A stretch of 64,000 bases of DNA, taken from NCBI GenBank assembly GCA_013823725.1, contig PNMQ01000004.1:119156-183155 (forward strand). The letters are read 5' to 3'. Both the position numbers and the translations under genes were made by a program. The DNA is from Candidatus Pelagibacter sp. (GTDB lineage Bacteria; Pseudomonadota; Alphaproteobacteria; Paracaedibacterales; CAIOTO01). Under the pieces are notes generated by a model. That model searched no databases. It was not told the DNA's origin and saw nothing but the letters and a program-made list of their open reading frames with translations. Positions 45,128 through 54,329 of this stretch are shown one piece after another; positions within the stretch are counted from its first letter, which is position 1, and every line of letters begins with the position of its first letter.

Positions 45128-47929
45128 ATGGATTTTAAAGATACATTATTTCTTCCACAAACGAACTTTTCGATGAGAGGGCAACTTCCACTCAAAGAAC
45201 CCGTCTTTATCAATAAGTGGTCAGAAAATAAATTGTATGAAAGCATTCGATCAAAAAGCAAAGGAAAGAAGAAATTTGTTCTTCAATTTGGCCCCCCTTA
45301 TGCGAATGGACATATTCACATTGGTCATGCTTTAAGTGAAGTTTTAAAAGATATTATTAACAAGACCTACCAAATGAAAGGTTTTGATGCTGGTATGATT
45401 CCAGGATGGGATTGTCACGGATTACCTATAGAATGGAAAATCGAAGAGCAATACAGATCTAAAGGTCTGAACAAAGACGATATCGACCCCATCGTCTTTC
45501 GTCAAGAATGCAGAGACTTTGCACAAAAGTGGACCGATATTCAAAAAGAAGAATTTAAGCGTTTAGGCATTATTGCTGATTTTGATAATGCATATTCAAC
45601 TATGGATTTCAAAACAGAAGCAAAAATTGTTGAAGAACTTGGGAAATTCTTAATGAACGGATCTTTGTATCGCGGCCTTAAACCCGTTCTGTGGTCTGTG
45701 GTTGAAAAAACCGCTTTAGCAGAAGCAGAGGTAGAATATAAAGATCATACCAGTGATTCAATCATGGTTGCGTTCCCTATCATTAAAACAAATTATTCCT
45801 TATTGCAGAATGCAAAAGCTGTCATTTGGACAACAACGCCATGGACCCTTCCTGCAAACCGTGCGATTTCTTATGGTGAAGATATCGATTACATTTTGGT
45901 AAGCGTTGAACGTCAAGATAATGAAACTGAAACATTCCTTATCGCTGCAGAGCGCCTTGAATATTTCCTAGCAGAAACAGAATTTAAATTGATTTCCAAA
46001 ACAAACGCTATTAAAGGCTCTTTATTAGAGGGTACCATCTGTCATCACCCTTGGCATGGAAAAGGCTATGAGTTTAATGTGCCATTTTTAAGTGGTACAC
46101 ACGTCACAACTGATGCGGGTACAGGGCTTGTGCACACTGCACCAACCCATGGTTTAGAAGACTTTGAGGTAGGACAAAAATACAATTTAGAGATTCCTGA
46201 ATATGTTCAAAACGATGGCACTTATGCAGCGCATACACCTTTGTTTGCAGGTCAACATATTTTCAAAGTAAATCCAAAAGTTATTGAAGAATTAAAATCT
46301 GTAGATGCCTTGCTATCTTCTAAAAAATTACTTCATAGTTATCCACATTCTTGGAGATCCAAAGCCCCTTTGATTTATAGAACAACGGCTCAGTGGTTTA
46401 TCAGCATGAATACCAATCAATTAAGAGACAAGGCTTTAGAAGCTATTAATGACGTCCATTGGTTTCCTGCATCCGGCAAAAATCGCATTAGCAGTATGGT
46501 TGAAAATCGTCCCGATTGGTGTTTATCACGTCAACGTGCTTGGGGTACACCCATCGCTATTTTTGTAAACAAAGCTACTGGCGAACCACTAAGAGATGAA
46601 AAAGTTCATCAAAGGATAGTTGATGCGATTGCAAAAGAAGGCGCAGATGTTTGGTTTAAAAATGATGCTGCTTATTTTCTTTCTCCAGATTACAATCCTG
46701 ATCATTATGAAAAAATCAACGATATCCTTGATGTATGGTTTGATAGCGGGTGCGTACATGCATTTACTATTGAAAACAACCCCGATCAAGCATGGCCGGC
46801 TGATGTTTATTTAGAAGGATCCGATCAACACCGTGGATGGTTCCAAGCATCACTACTTGAAAGCTGCGGAACACGAGGCGTTGCACCTTATAAAAATGTA
46901 GTAACGCATGGTTTCGTTTTAGACAAAAATGGTTATAAAATGTCTAAATCATTAGGTAACACTATAACCCCTGGCGAAATCATTGAAAAATATGGCGCAG
47001 ATCTTTTAAGACTTTGGATTGTTAATTCTGATTATTCTGAAGATCTTAGGATCGGTGACGAAATAATGAAACGACAAGAAGATATTTATAGACGTTTCAG
47101 AAATACGTTGCGCTATCTTTTAGGAGCAGTCAATGGATATTCTGAAGCTGAAAAAGTGGATTACCAAGATCTTCCTTCTTTAGAAAAATACGTACTACAT
47201 CAATGCGCATCTCTCGATAAAGTTCATCAGGACAGTATTGATCATTTTGATTTTTCAACATTTTATTCAGCCTTACATCAATTTTGTTCTGTAGATTTGT
47301 CATCTTTCTATTTTGACATGCGTAAAGATGTTTTGTATTGTGACCATGCTTCTTCAATCACTCGAAAAGCAACCAGAACTGTGATGATGACCATATTAGA
47401 AAAACTTATTCTTTGGTTAGCACCTGTACTTAGCTTTACTGCTGAAGAAGCTTTTGAAGAATTACAGATTCAACAAGATGTTGGCGACAGAAATAGTGTT
47501 CACACCATGCTGTTTAAAACTGCGAATTCAAATTGGCATAACCAAGCTGAATTTGATAAATGGGTTCAAATTAAACATATTCGCAAAGTTGTTACTTCTG
47601 CTTTAGAACTTGAACGCTCTGCAAAAACTATTGGTTCTAGCTTACAAGCCCATATTGATGTTTATGTGAACAATAATACGTTTGAACTTCTCGAGCATGT
47701 AGATCTGAATGAACTTTGCATTGTATCATCCTCACGTTTGTTGCTAGCTAATTCCCCTGCTAATGCCGTTAAACTTGACGATGCAGAAGATGTCGGAGTT
47801 GTCGTTATTCCTGCAGAAGGTCTAAAATGTGAAAGATGTTGGAAAATTTATAACCCATCTGAAACAGAGAATGATTTAAATATATGCAATCGTTGCAATG
47901 ACGTTGTTCAAAAAACGGTTCAAAATTAA
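45128..47929 (+). CDS. ileS: Isoleucine--tRNA ligase (type 1, C-terminal zinc finger)
   Basis: PYANGHIHIGH, KMSKSLGN, a CP1 editing domain, and C-terminal CERCW...CNRC. Confidence 0.97.
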   Translation: MDFKDTLFLPQTNFSMRGQLPLKEPVFINKWSENKLYESIRSKSKGKKKFVLQFGPPYANGHIHIGHALSEVLKDIINKTYQMKGFDAGMIPGWDCHGLPIEWKIEEQYRSKGLNKDDIDPIVFRQECRDFAQKWTDIQKEEFKRLGIIADFDNAYSTMDFKTEAKIVEELGKFLMNGSLYRGLKPVLWSVVEKTALAEAEVEYKDHTSDSIMVAFPIIKTNYSLLQNAKAVIWTTTPWTLPANRAISYGEDIDYILVSVERQDNETETFLIAAERLEYFLAETEFKLISKTNAIKGSLLEGTICHHPWHGKGYEFNVPFLSGTHVTTDAGTGLVHTAPTHGLEDFEVGQKYNLEIPEYVQNDGTYAAHTPLFAGQHIFKVNPKVIEELKSVDALLSSKKLLHSYPHSWRSKAPLIYRTTAQWFISMNTNQLRDKALEAINDVHWFPASGKNRISSMVENRPDWCLSRQRAWGTPIAIFVNKATGEPLRDEKVHQRIVDAIAKEGADVWFKNDAAYFLSPDYNPDHYEKINDILDVWFDSGCVHAFTIENNPDQAWPADVYLEGSDQHRGWFQASLLESCGTRGVAPYKNVVTHGFVLDKNGYKMSKSLGNTITPGEIIEKYGADLLRLWIVNSDYSEDLRIGDEIMKRQEDIYRRFRNTLRYLLGAVNGYSEAEKVDYQDLPSLEKYVLHQCASLDKVHQDSIDHFDFSTFYSALHQFCSVDLSSFYFDMRKDVLYCDHASSITRKATRTVMMTILEKLILWLAPVLSFTAEEAFEELQIQQDVGDRNSVHTMLFKTANSNWHNQAEFDKWVQIKHIRKVVTSALELERSAKTIGSSLQAHIDVYVNNNTFELLEHVDLNELCIVSSSRLLLANSPANAVKLDDAEDVGVVVIPAEGLKCERCWKIYNPSETENDLNICNRCNDVVQKTVQN

Positions 47930-47970
47930 ATCATTGATAACAAAAAACTAAAAGAAAGGATTTTTATTTT

Positions 47971-48576
47971 ATGTTTACATTACCAAATCTGCCTTATGCA
48001 CAAAATGCTTTAGAGCCCCATATTTCTGAAAAAACTATTTCCTTCCACTATGGCAAGCATCATCAAGGATACCTTAATATGCTTAACAAGCTTATTGAAG
48101 GGACAGATTATGCAACTATGACTCTGGACGATGTTATGAAAAATTCACATGGTCGCGTTGAAGATACAGCTATATTTAACAATTCTGCCCAAGTGTGGAA
48201 CCATACCTTCTACTGGAATAGCATGAAACCTAATGGAGGTGGAAATCCACAAGGTAAACTTCATGATGCGATTATTCGCGATTTTGGTGAGACACAAAAA
48301 CTTATTGATGGCCTAAAAAATGCTGCAACCACTCAATTTGGAAGCGGTTGGGCTTGGCTGTGTTCCACTACAACAGGGCAACTTACCATTCAAAAAACAG
48401 GAAATGCCCAAAATCCAATAACAGATGGTCTAATTCCTCTGCTTACTATCGATGTATGGGAACACGCATATTATTTAGACTATCAGAATTTAAGAGTTTC
48501 TTATCTTGATACGTTTTTCCAACATCTGATTAATTGGGAATGGGCGCAACAAAATTATGAATTGATCGTAAAATAA
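47971..48576 (+). CDS. sodB: Fe/Mn superoxide dismutase (Fe-type signature)
   Basis: HHQGY, AQVWNHTFYW and DVWEHAYYLDYQN motifs. Confidence 0.95.
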   Translation: MFTLPNLPYAQNALEPHISEKTISFHYGKHHQGYLNMLNKLIEGTDYATMTLDDVMKNSHGRVEDTAIFNNSAQVWNHTFYWNSMKPNGGGNPQGKLHDAIIRDFGETQKLIDGLKNAATTQFGSGWAWLCSTTTGQLTIQKTGNAQNPITDGLIPLLTIDVWEHAYYLDYQNLRVSYLDTFFQHLINWEWAQQNYELIVK

Positions 48577-48585
48577 TCTGCTTTC

Positions 48586-49062
48586 ATGAATGAGGTTTTG
48601 ATAACAGGAACAATCTATACATTAAGCGGATTGTTTTTAGCTATTCAAGACCTCAAACATCGCCACATTCACGCTTATTTATTTTATGTTTGGATGTTCA
48701 TTCAAACAGTATTAGTTATTTCAAGCATAAAAATTTCTTGTATCCTCATCATGACAGCAACAGGTTTGCTTTTGCATGGATATAACATCATTCGACAAAT
48801 AAAAACCATTCAGACTGCAGATATCATTTTTTTAGTGCTAAGTGGCATGATACTACCAGAACAGGCAATCCCATTTTTTTTCTTCAATTTCTTTTGGATT
48901 TCGATTTTTTATATTTTAATTGAAAAAGGAAAGCACCATTTTACGCGGAAAGTAGCAAACACAAAAGAATTACCCTTTATATCCATCTGCTATATCAACA
49001 CTATACTATCTTTATTTTTTAAATTTTTTTTTCTTTTTATGAAGCTTAAATTTCTTTTTTAG
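48586..49062 (+). CDS. Small polytopic membrane protein, possibly a divergent A24 prepilin peptidase (CpaA/TadV-like)
   Basis: Four or five TM segments. AIQDLKHRHIHAYL resembles the first Asp motif, TADIIFLV is a degenerate second (GGGDxKL) motif, and there is a late LPF. This is a weak, recall-based call. Confidence 0.3.
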   Translation: MNEVLITGTIYTLSGLFLAIQDLKHRHIHAYLFYVWMFIQTVLVISSIKISCILIMTATGLLLHGYNIIRQIKTIQTADIIFLVLSGMILPEQAIPFFFFNFFWISIFYILIEKGKHHFTRKVANTKELPFISICYINTILSLFFKFFFLFMKLKFLF

Positions 49063-50001
49063 CTTTAATTTATTTTTAGGTTTTAAAATTTTCTTGTACA
49101 CAATATTCTGTTTACGGTTAAAAAACATATCAAGATCATCATTTGACACTGAAGACATGCTATTAATTTGTGACAATAAGAAAGGGTCAGGGTTGTTATC
49201 ACTTCGTCCTAAATGATTCTGAACCAGTTGTCTTACTTTATCATCCCGAGATCTTGCTGTTTTACCACCTAAATAAACCACAAAAATACGCTTCATCTTA
49301 CCTTGTATTTTAGCATATGCAGATGTGCTTAAATTAAAACCAGCAGGAGCTGTGTATCCTGTTTTAATACCATCTACCACCTGAGATGAACGGAACAATA
49401 GCTTATTGTGATTTGAATGTGTTTGCCCTTTAAAGGTAAAATATTTCTTTGAAAATAAATGCCAATGTTCAGGAAAATTTCTAAATAAAGCAACTCCTAA
49501 AACCATCATATCGTGGGCAGAGCATACTTGTCCTTTATCATGCCATCCTGTAGCATTTTTAAAACGTGTATTGTTCATACCTAATTCTTTGGCCTTATCA
49601 TTCATTTCTTGGACAAAAGCTTGATGCGATCCTGCCAAACCTTCTGCCGCCACTACAGCTGCATCATTGGCTGATTTAACAACAAGAGCATGAATAAGGT
49701 CTCGAACAGTAATTTGTTCACCTTGTTTTAAATGTAGTTTTGAAGGTCTCTGCTTAACAGCCTCCGGCCCCACATTGAAGAGTGTGTTCATAGTGACCTT
49801 GCCATTCCTTAGTGCTTCAAAAAGAAGATATAATGTCATCTTCTTAGTTAAAGATGCAGGATAATGCTGTGAATGCGCATTCTTTGTGTATAGAGGCCTC
49901 AGCGTGTCAGCATCAACGACAACAACTGCCTTTTCAGCATGAACAAATGATTTTAAAAATAGACAGATAACCAATATACTAATTGCGCGAATAAAAAACA
50001 T
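49012..50001 (-). CDS. D-alanyl-D-alanine carboxypeptidase (S11, PBP5/6-like)
   Basis: Signal peptide, SxxK (ASLTKKMT), SxN (SAND) and KTG (KTGYT) motifs, plus an unusual poly-Lys C-terminal tail. Confidence 0.85.
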   Translation of the reverse strand: MFFIRAISILVICLFLKSFVHAEKAVVVVDADTLRPLYTKNAHSQHYPASLTKKMTLYLLFEALRNGKVTMNTLFNVGPEAVKQRPSKLHLKQGEQITVRDLIHALVVKSANDAAVVAAEGLAGSHQAFVQEMNDKAKELGMNNTRFKNATGWHDKGQVCSAHDMMVLGVALFRNFPEHWHLFSKKYFTFKGQTHSNHNKLLFRSSQVVDGIKTGYTAPAGFNLSTSAYAKIQGKMKRIFVVYLGGKTARSRDDKVRQLVQNHLGRSDNNPDPFLLSQINSMSSVSNDDLDMFFNRKQNIVYKKILKPKNKLKLKKKFKLHKKKKKFKK

Positions 50002-50025
50002 TTTCTTAATATTACTTTCTTATCG

Positions 50026-50901
50026 TTAAAATTTAGATTGAAGTAATATAATTACTTCACATTGATTGAATCTTTTCATAATACATGATTTTATTTGATT
50101 TAGTCTAGTATCTATAATATTAAATTTATCTTCACAATCAACGAATAATGTTATTTCAACAAAAATACCTGAGCCATAACTTCTTGTCCTAAGTTTATAT
50201 TCTCCATGAAGAATGGATGATTGATTTAAACATTCCTCAATTTCTGCTTTATTTTCTTTAGAAATTTCAGCATCCATTAAAATATCAAAAGATTGGCGAC
50301 CAATACCATATGCCATTTTTAATATATAAAAAGACAGAAACGCTCCTGTAATAGAATCTAACATGGTCCAATTAAAATAATAGGCACAGGTTATACTAAT
50401 AATAATTGCCGTGTTAGTCATTAAGTCTGTTTGATAATGCAAGCTATCCGCTTTAATAGCCAATGACTGCGTAATTTTAATAACTTTTCTTTGCCATAAA
50501 ACTAATATTAAAGTCAAAAAAGTAGCAGCTAACATGATTTTAACCATGAACATGTCATACTTAATTTCATACCCATGAATCATTTTAGAAACAATATCTT
50601 CTAAAATCCAAATGGATGATGCACCTATAAGTAATGCTTGTAACACACCAACTAAAGCCTCTATTTTACCGTGACCAAATCGATGCTTATCATCAGGAGG
50701 TGATAAAGATTGTTTAATAGCAAAAAAATTCAAAGTCGAGATAAAACAATCAAGACTTGAATCAATAAATGATGCTTTTATTCCTAAAGATCCTGAAACC
50801 CAAAAAGCGTAAAACTTTGCAATAATTAATACACCCGAAACAAATATTGCAAAAAGCGTCGTCATTTTTAAAAGGTTTTGATTCGATATTTTACTTATCA
50901 T
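50026..50901 (-). CDS. Cation diffusion facilitator (CDF) family transporter
   Basis: Six TM segments with D/H-containing TM2 and TM5 motifs (IDSSLD, HYQTDLMTN) and a C-terminal cytoplasmic domain. Confidence 0.8.
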   Translation of the reverse strand: MISKISNQNLLKMTTLFAIFVSGVLIIAKFYAFWVSGSLGIKASFIDSSLDCFISTLNFFAIKQSLSPPDDKHRFGHGKIEALVGVLQALLIGASSIWILEDIVSKMIHGYEIKYDMFMVKIMLAATFLTLILVLWQRKVIKITQSLAIKADSLHYQTDLMTNTAIIISITCAYYFNWTMLDSITGAFLSFYILKMAYGIGRQSFDILMDAEISKENKAEIEECLNQSSILHGEYKLRTRSYGSGIFVEITLFVDCEDKFNIIDTRLNQIKSCIMKRFNQCEVIILLQSKF

Positions 50902-50913
50902 CTTTTGTGTCCT

Positions 50914-52107
50914 CTATGATTGATATCGAATATGGTATCTTAAGTATACGGTTTGTTGAGGAGGCACTTCAATCATCCAAATGCAATTTTTGCCATCTAC
51001 CACTTTATAGTTATGTGTTGACCTCACAATTTTTAAAGTTTCCATTTTTTTTGCATCATCTAAGATAACTTTAATATAATGTCTTTTTTTATCATTATTT
51101 TTAATCTCTAGCTTATAGTGACTTTCTGTTGTTTTTGTATCATTGGAATATCTGAATTGATTTTGCTCTAATTTTGTCTCTATCTTTGCATACTCATATT
51201 CGTCTGTATCATTTGTCGATGCCGATTGAATCATTTCCAAACGAGGAATTTTGTAACTTAATTCTTCGTTTGCATCAACACTCATTTGTTTGTAACTGGG
51301 TAGTTTTAAAATTTGTTGATCACTTTTTTGAAAATACAAAGATGCTTCTCCAGAAGGCATAGGCTGACCTAATCCATATTCTGACCTATTCAAAAAGCTT
51401 AACCATGCCTCAACAGGCGGATATAAAACTTGATTTTCAATATTTTGCAATGCCTTACCGCCTACAAACACACGAAAGTCTTGCTCCAGAGGAACCCAAT
51501 TTGAAGAAAACCATAATATTCGTTTTTGCTTTCCATGATCCATATCGAAATTATTTTCAAATGAATATGTTTGGGAATCAGATAATTGATCTTGTTCTTT
51601 CTTTTTTATATTTTCTTCTGAAATTAAAGATGTCAAAGGAAGGCTTCCATCAACAAGACTTAATTTTGCATCTTTAAATTTCAATTTGGATTTGCTATCG
51701 ATGTGCAACCATCCATTTAATCGACCTCTTTTACCATCAGAATCTATTTGAAGAGTATAAGTAACTTTCCAAGAAATATCCCCGAAACTATAGGTGATTA
51801 GAAAGGGTTCGTCTGTATTAGAGGCATCTTTTTTCACATCATAGTTGGGTGTAAACACAATGCTATCATTTGAAATTTCTGCTTTACTAACTAGCATATC
51901 CATACTCATCATTAGACTTTCTGCATACACTTTTTCTGCTAACAAAAGAATTTTTACTTGTTGTTGGTTTAAATACATACTCGATGGAATTGATTGCTGA
52001 ATCACTCCTCCATTTTTATAAAGAGTTAAAATTGTTTTCTCTTTGGCATAAGAAAAACTATGCACAACACCTAAAATAAACATTATTTTGATAAATAGTT
52101 TTTTCAT
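50914..52107 (-). CDS. Hypothetical secreted beta-rich protein, possibly DUF4139-like
   Basis: Signal peptide. The block FLITYSFGDISWKVTYTLQID....LNGWLHIDSKSKLKFKDAKLSLVDG resembles the DUF4139 core. Recall only. Confidence 0.3.
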   Translation of the reverse strand: MKKLFIKIMFILGVVHSFSYAKEKTILTLYKNGGVIQQSIPSSMYLNQQQVKILLLAEKVYAESLMMSMDMLVSKAEISNDSIVFTPNYDVKKDASNTDEPFLITYSFGDISWKVTYTLQIDSDGKRGRLNGWLHIDSKSKLKFKDAKLSLVDGSLPLTSLISEENIKKKEQDQLSDSQTYSFENNFDMDHGKQKRILWFSSNWVPLEQDFRVFVGGKALQNIENQVLYPPVEAWLSFLNRSEYGLGQPMPSGEASLYFQKSDQQILKLPSYKQMSVDANEELSYKIPRLEMIQSASTNDTDEYEYAKIETKLEQNQFRYSNDTKTTESHYKLEIKNNDKKRHYIKVILDDAKKMETLKIVRSTHNYKVVDGKNCIWMIEVPPQQTVYLRYHIRYQS

Positions 52108-52149
52108 TCTAAGCTTTTTCCTTGCCTTAAATTTTAAAGAATTTACGTA

Positions 52150-53460
52150 CTATTCTTGAGAAACTGACTCAACCTCTGGATCCACCAGTGAACTTAAACG
52201 AGCTTGTACATCATAGGAAGACATATCCAAATCCATCTTAATAAGACTGGGATCAAGCTCTTGAAATTTTCTTGCAGAAACCATAACGCGCTTATCAAAC
52301 GTACCAACACTTTCATTATAAGCGTGAATTGATTGAGAAAGCAAACGTCCAACTTTCGAATAGTGAGCTGAAAAATCCACTAATCTTTTATAGAATTCTT
52401 TTCCTAAAGCACCAATCATTCTGGCATTTTCAGCAATTGTTTCTTGCTGCCACCCATAAGCAACTGCACGTAGTAGAGCAATTAATGTTGTGGGGGTTGC
52501 TAAAATTATTTTTTCATTCACACCAAATTCTATCAATCCAGGATCAACCGTCAAAGCAGCACTAAAAATAGATTCTCCAGGTATAAACATCACCACAAAT
52601 TCAGGTGAATTATCAAACTGTTGATGATAATTTTTTTGAGATAATTGTTTAATGTGTTGCCTTATATGACGAGCATGAACCAAAAGATGCTCTTGTTTAC
52701 GATCCTCATCAGAGGTTTCTAAAGCTTCCAAATAGGCTTGCAATGGCGTTTTAGCATCAATAACTATGTTTTTGTTCCCTGGTAATCGAACTAAAACATC
52801 GGGTCTTAATCGACCATCATCCGTTGAAACTTGCTGTACAAAATCGCAATAAGCAACCATACCTGACATCTCAATAACCCGTTTCAATTGCATTTCACCC
52901 CATTGTCCCCTTGAATTAGGAGAACGCAATGCTTTAACCAAATTATGTGTTTCACTTCTTAAATCTTTGTGAGTTTGCGTTAGATCAAGCATGTGTCTTT
53001 TTAAATCTGCAAAACTATGAATTCTATCTTTTTCAATTTCGGTAATTTGCTGATTCACTTTATCCATCGTTTGTTGAATAGGATCAATCATTTTTTTAAA
53101 TGAATCTTGTTTAAAATCAAACTCTAATTTTGTCTTTTCTTGCAGTTCTTTGAAAGAAGATTGAGCCATCTTTAAAAAAGATTCGTTGTTATTAATCAAA
53201 GCTTTTTGACTAATAGATTCAATAGCGCTTTTCATATATTCTTGATTTTGCTTTATAAAATTTTCACGCTCAATCTCTAAAATTTTTTGCATTTCAATTT
53301 GGTTTTTTAACATCAAATTTTCTGATTCTATAACGCTAATATAACGTTGCTTTTTTAAATAAATAACACCAAGGAATATTGCAAAAACGCTTATGCTGAA
53401 GCATATAATTAGTAATACGATGTTTAAAGGATCTAATAACATCAAATAACCGTATCCCAA
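52150..53460 (-). CDS. rmuC: DNA recombination protein RmuC
   Basis: N-terminal TM segment, a long coiled coil, and the nuclease-like core RPDVLVRLPGNKNIVIDAKTPL. The start may be the ATG at 53442. Confidence 0.85.
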   Translation of the reverse strand: MGYGYLMLLDPLNIVLLIICFSISVFAIFLGVIYLKKQRYISVIESENLMLKNQIEMQKILEIERENFIKQNQEYMKSAIESISQKALINNNESFLKMAQSSFKELQEKTKLEFDFKQDSFKKMIDPIQQTMDKVNQQITEIEKDRIHSFADLKRHMLDLTQTHKDLRSETHNLVKALRSPNSRGQWGEMQLKRVIEMSGMVAYCDFVQQVSTDDGRLRPDVLVRLPGNKNIVIDAKTPLQAYLEALETSDEDRKQEHLLVHARHIRQHIKQLSQKNYHQQFDNSPEFVVMFIPGESIFSAALTVDPGLIEFGVNEKIILATPTTLIALLRAVAYGWQQETIAENARMIGALGKEFYKRLVDFSAHYSKVGRLLSQSIHAYNESVGTFDKRVMVSARKFQELDPSLIKMDLDMSSYDVQARLSSLVDPEVESVSQE

Positions 53461-54329
53461 TCAGCGTGAGGCGGCAATGACATTAAAATTGCTTCCGTAT
53501 TGCCATTTGTCATCAATCCAAAACGAGTCCCTCTATCGTACAAAAGGTTAAATTCCACATAACGACCACGTTTTAAAAGCTGGGTTTTCTTTTCCGATTC
53601 CCCCCATGGCATATGCATTCTTTTGCGCACGATTGCTTCATAAATATTGATGAAAGCTTCACCAACAGCTTTAACATAATCAAAGTCTTTTATCACATTC
53701 CCAGAATTGAGATAATCAAAAAAGATTCCACCTATTCCTCGTGGCTCTTTTCGGTGAGGTAAATAAAAATATTCATCGCACCATTTTTTATAATCAGCAT
53801 ATGCGGTTGGTGAATAAGCATCACAAACCTTTTTCAATTCTTGATGAAAATAATTCGTATCTTCATCAAACTGTATACAAGGCGTTAAATCGGCACCTCC
53901 CCCAAACCATAATTTCCCCGTTTGAATAAAACGTGTATTCATGTGAATGATGGGAACAAAAGGATTTCGAGGATGAACTACAATAGAAAGACCCGAAGCT
54001 CTAAAATTTCTTGATTCTTCTGTTCCAGGAATTTCTTTTCCAAACGACTCAGAAAACTCACCATAAACAGTAGAACAGTTAACTCCTGCTTTTTCAAAAA
54101 CTGACCCATCTTGAAGAACGCGCATGCGTCCTCCACCCTCATCTATTTCTCCTTCACACCTATTCCATTTTTTTTCTGTAAAAGTCTTAGACATTTCTGG
54201 ATTGTAATCAGACTCTATTTTTTCAAGACGTTGACAAATGTGGTCCTGCAGAGATTCAAACCATGATTCATAAACTTTACTATCATGCGTTTGAGCCTCT
54301 GTTTCTTTACCTGCCAAAGATCTTGTCAT
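53442..54329 (-). CDS. hemF: Oxygen-dependent coproporphyrinogen III oxidase
   Basis: GGGADLTP, RGIGGIFFD and YVEFNLLYDRGTRFGL motifs. Confidence 0.95.
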   Translation of the reverse strand: MTRSLAGKETEAQTHDSKVYESWFESLQDHICQRLEKIESDYNPEMSKTFTEKKWNRCEGEIDEGGGRMRVLQDGSVFEKAGVNCSTVYGEFSESFGKEIPGTEESRNFRASGLSIVVHPRNPFVPIIHMNTRFIQTGKLWFGGGADLTPCIQFDEDTNYFHQELKKVCDAYSPTAYADYKKWCDEYFYLPHRKEPRGIGGIFFDYLNSGNVIKDFDYVKAVGEAFINIYEAIVRKRMHMPWGESEKKTQLLKRGRYVEFNLLYDRGTRFGLMTNGNTEAILMSLPPHADWDTVI

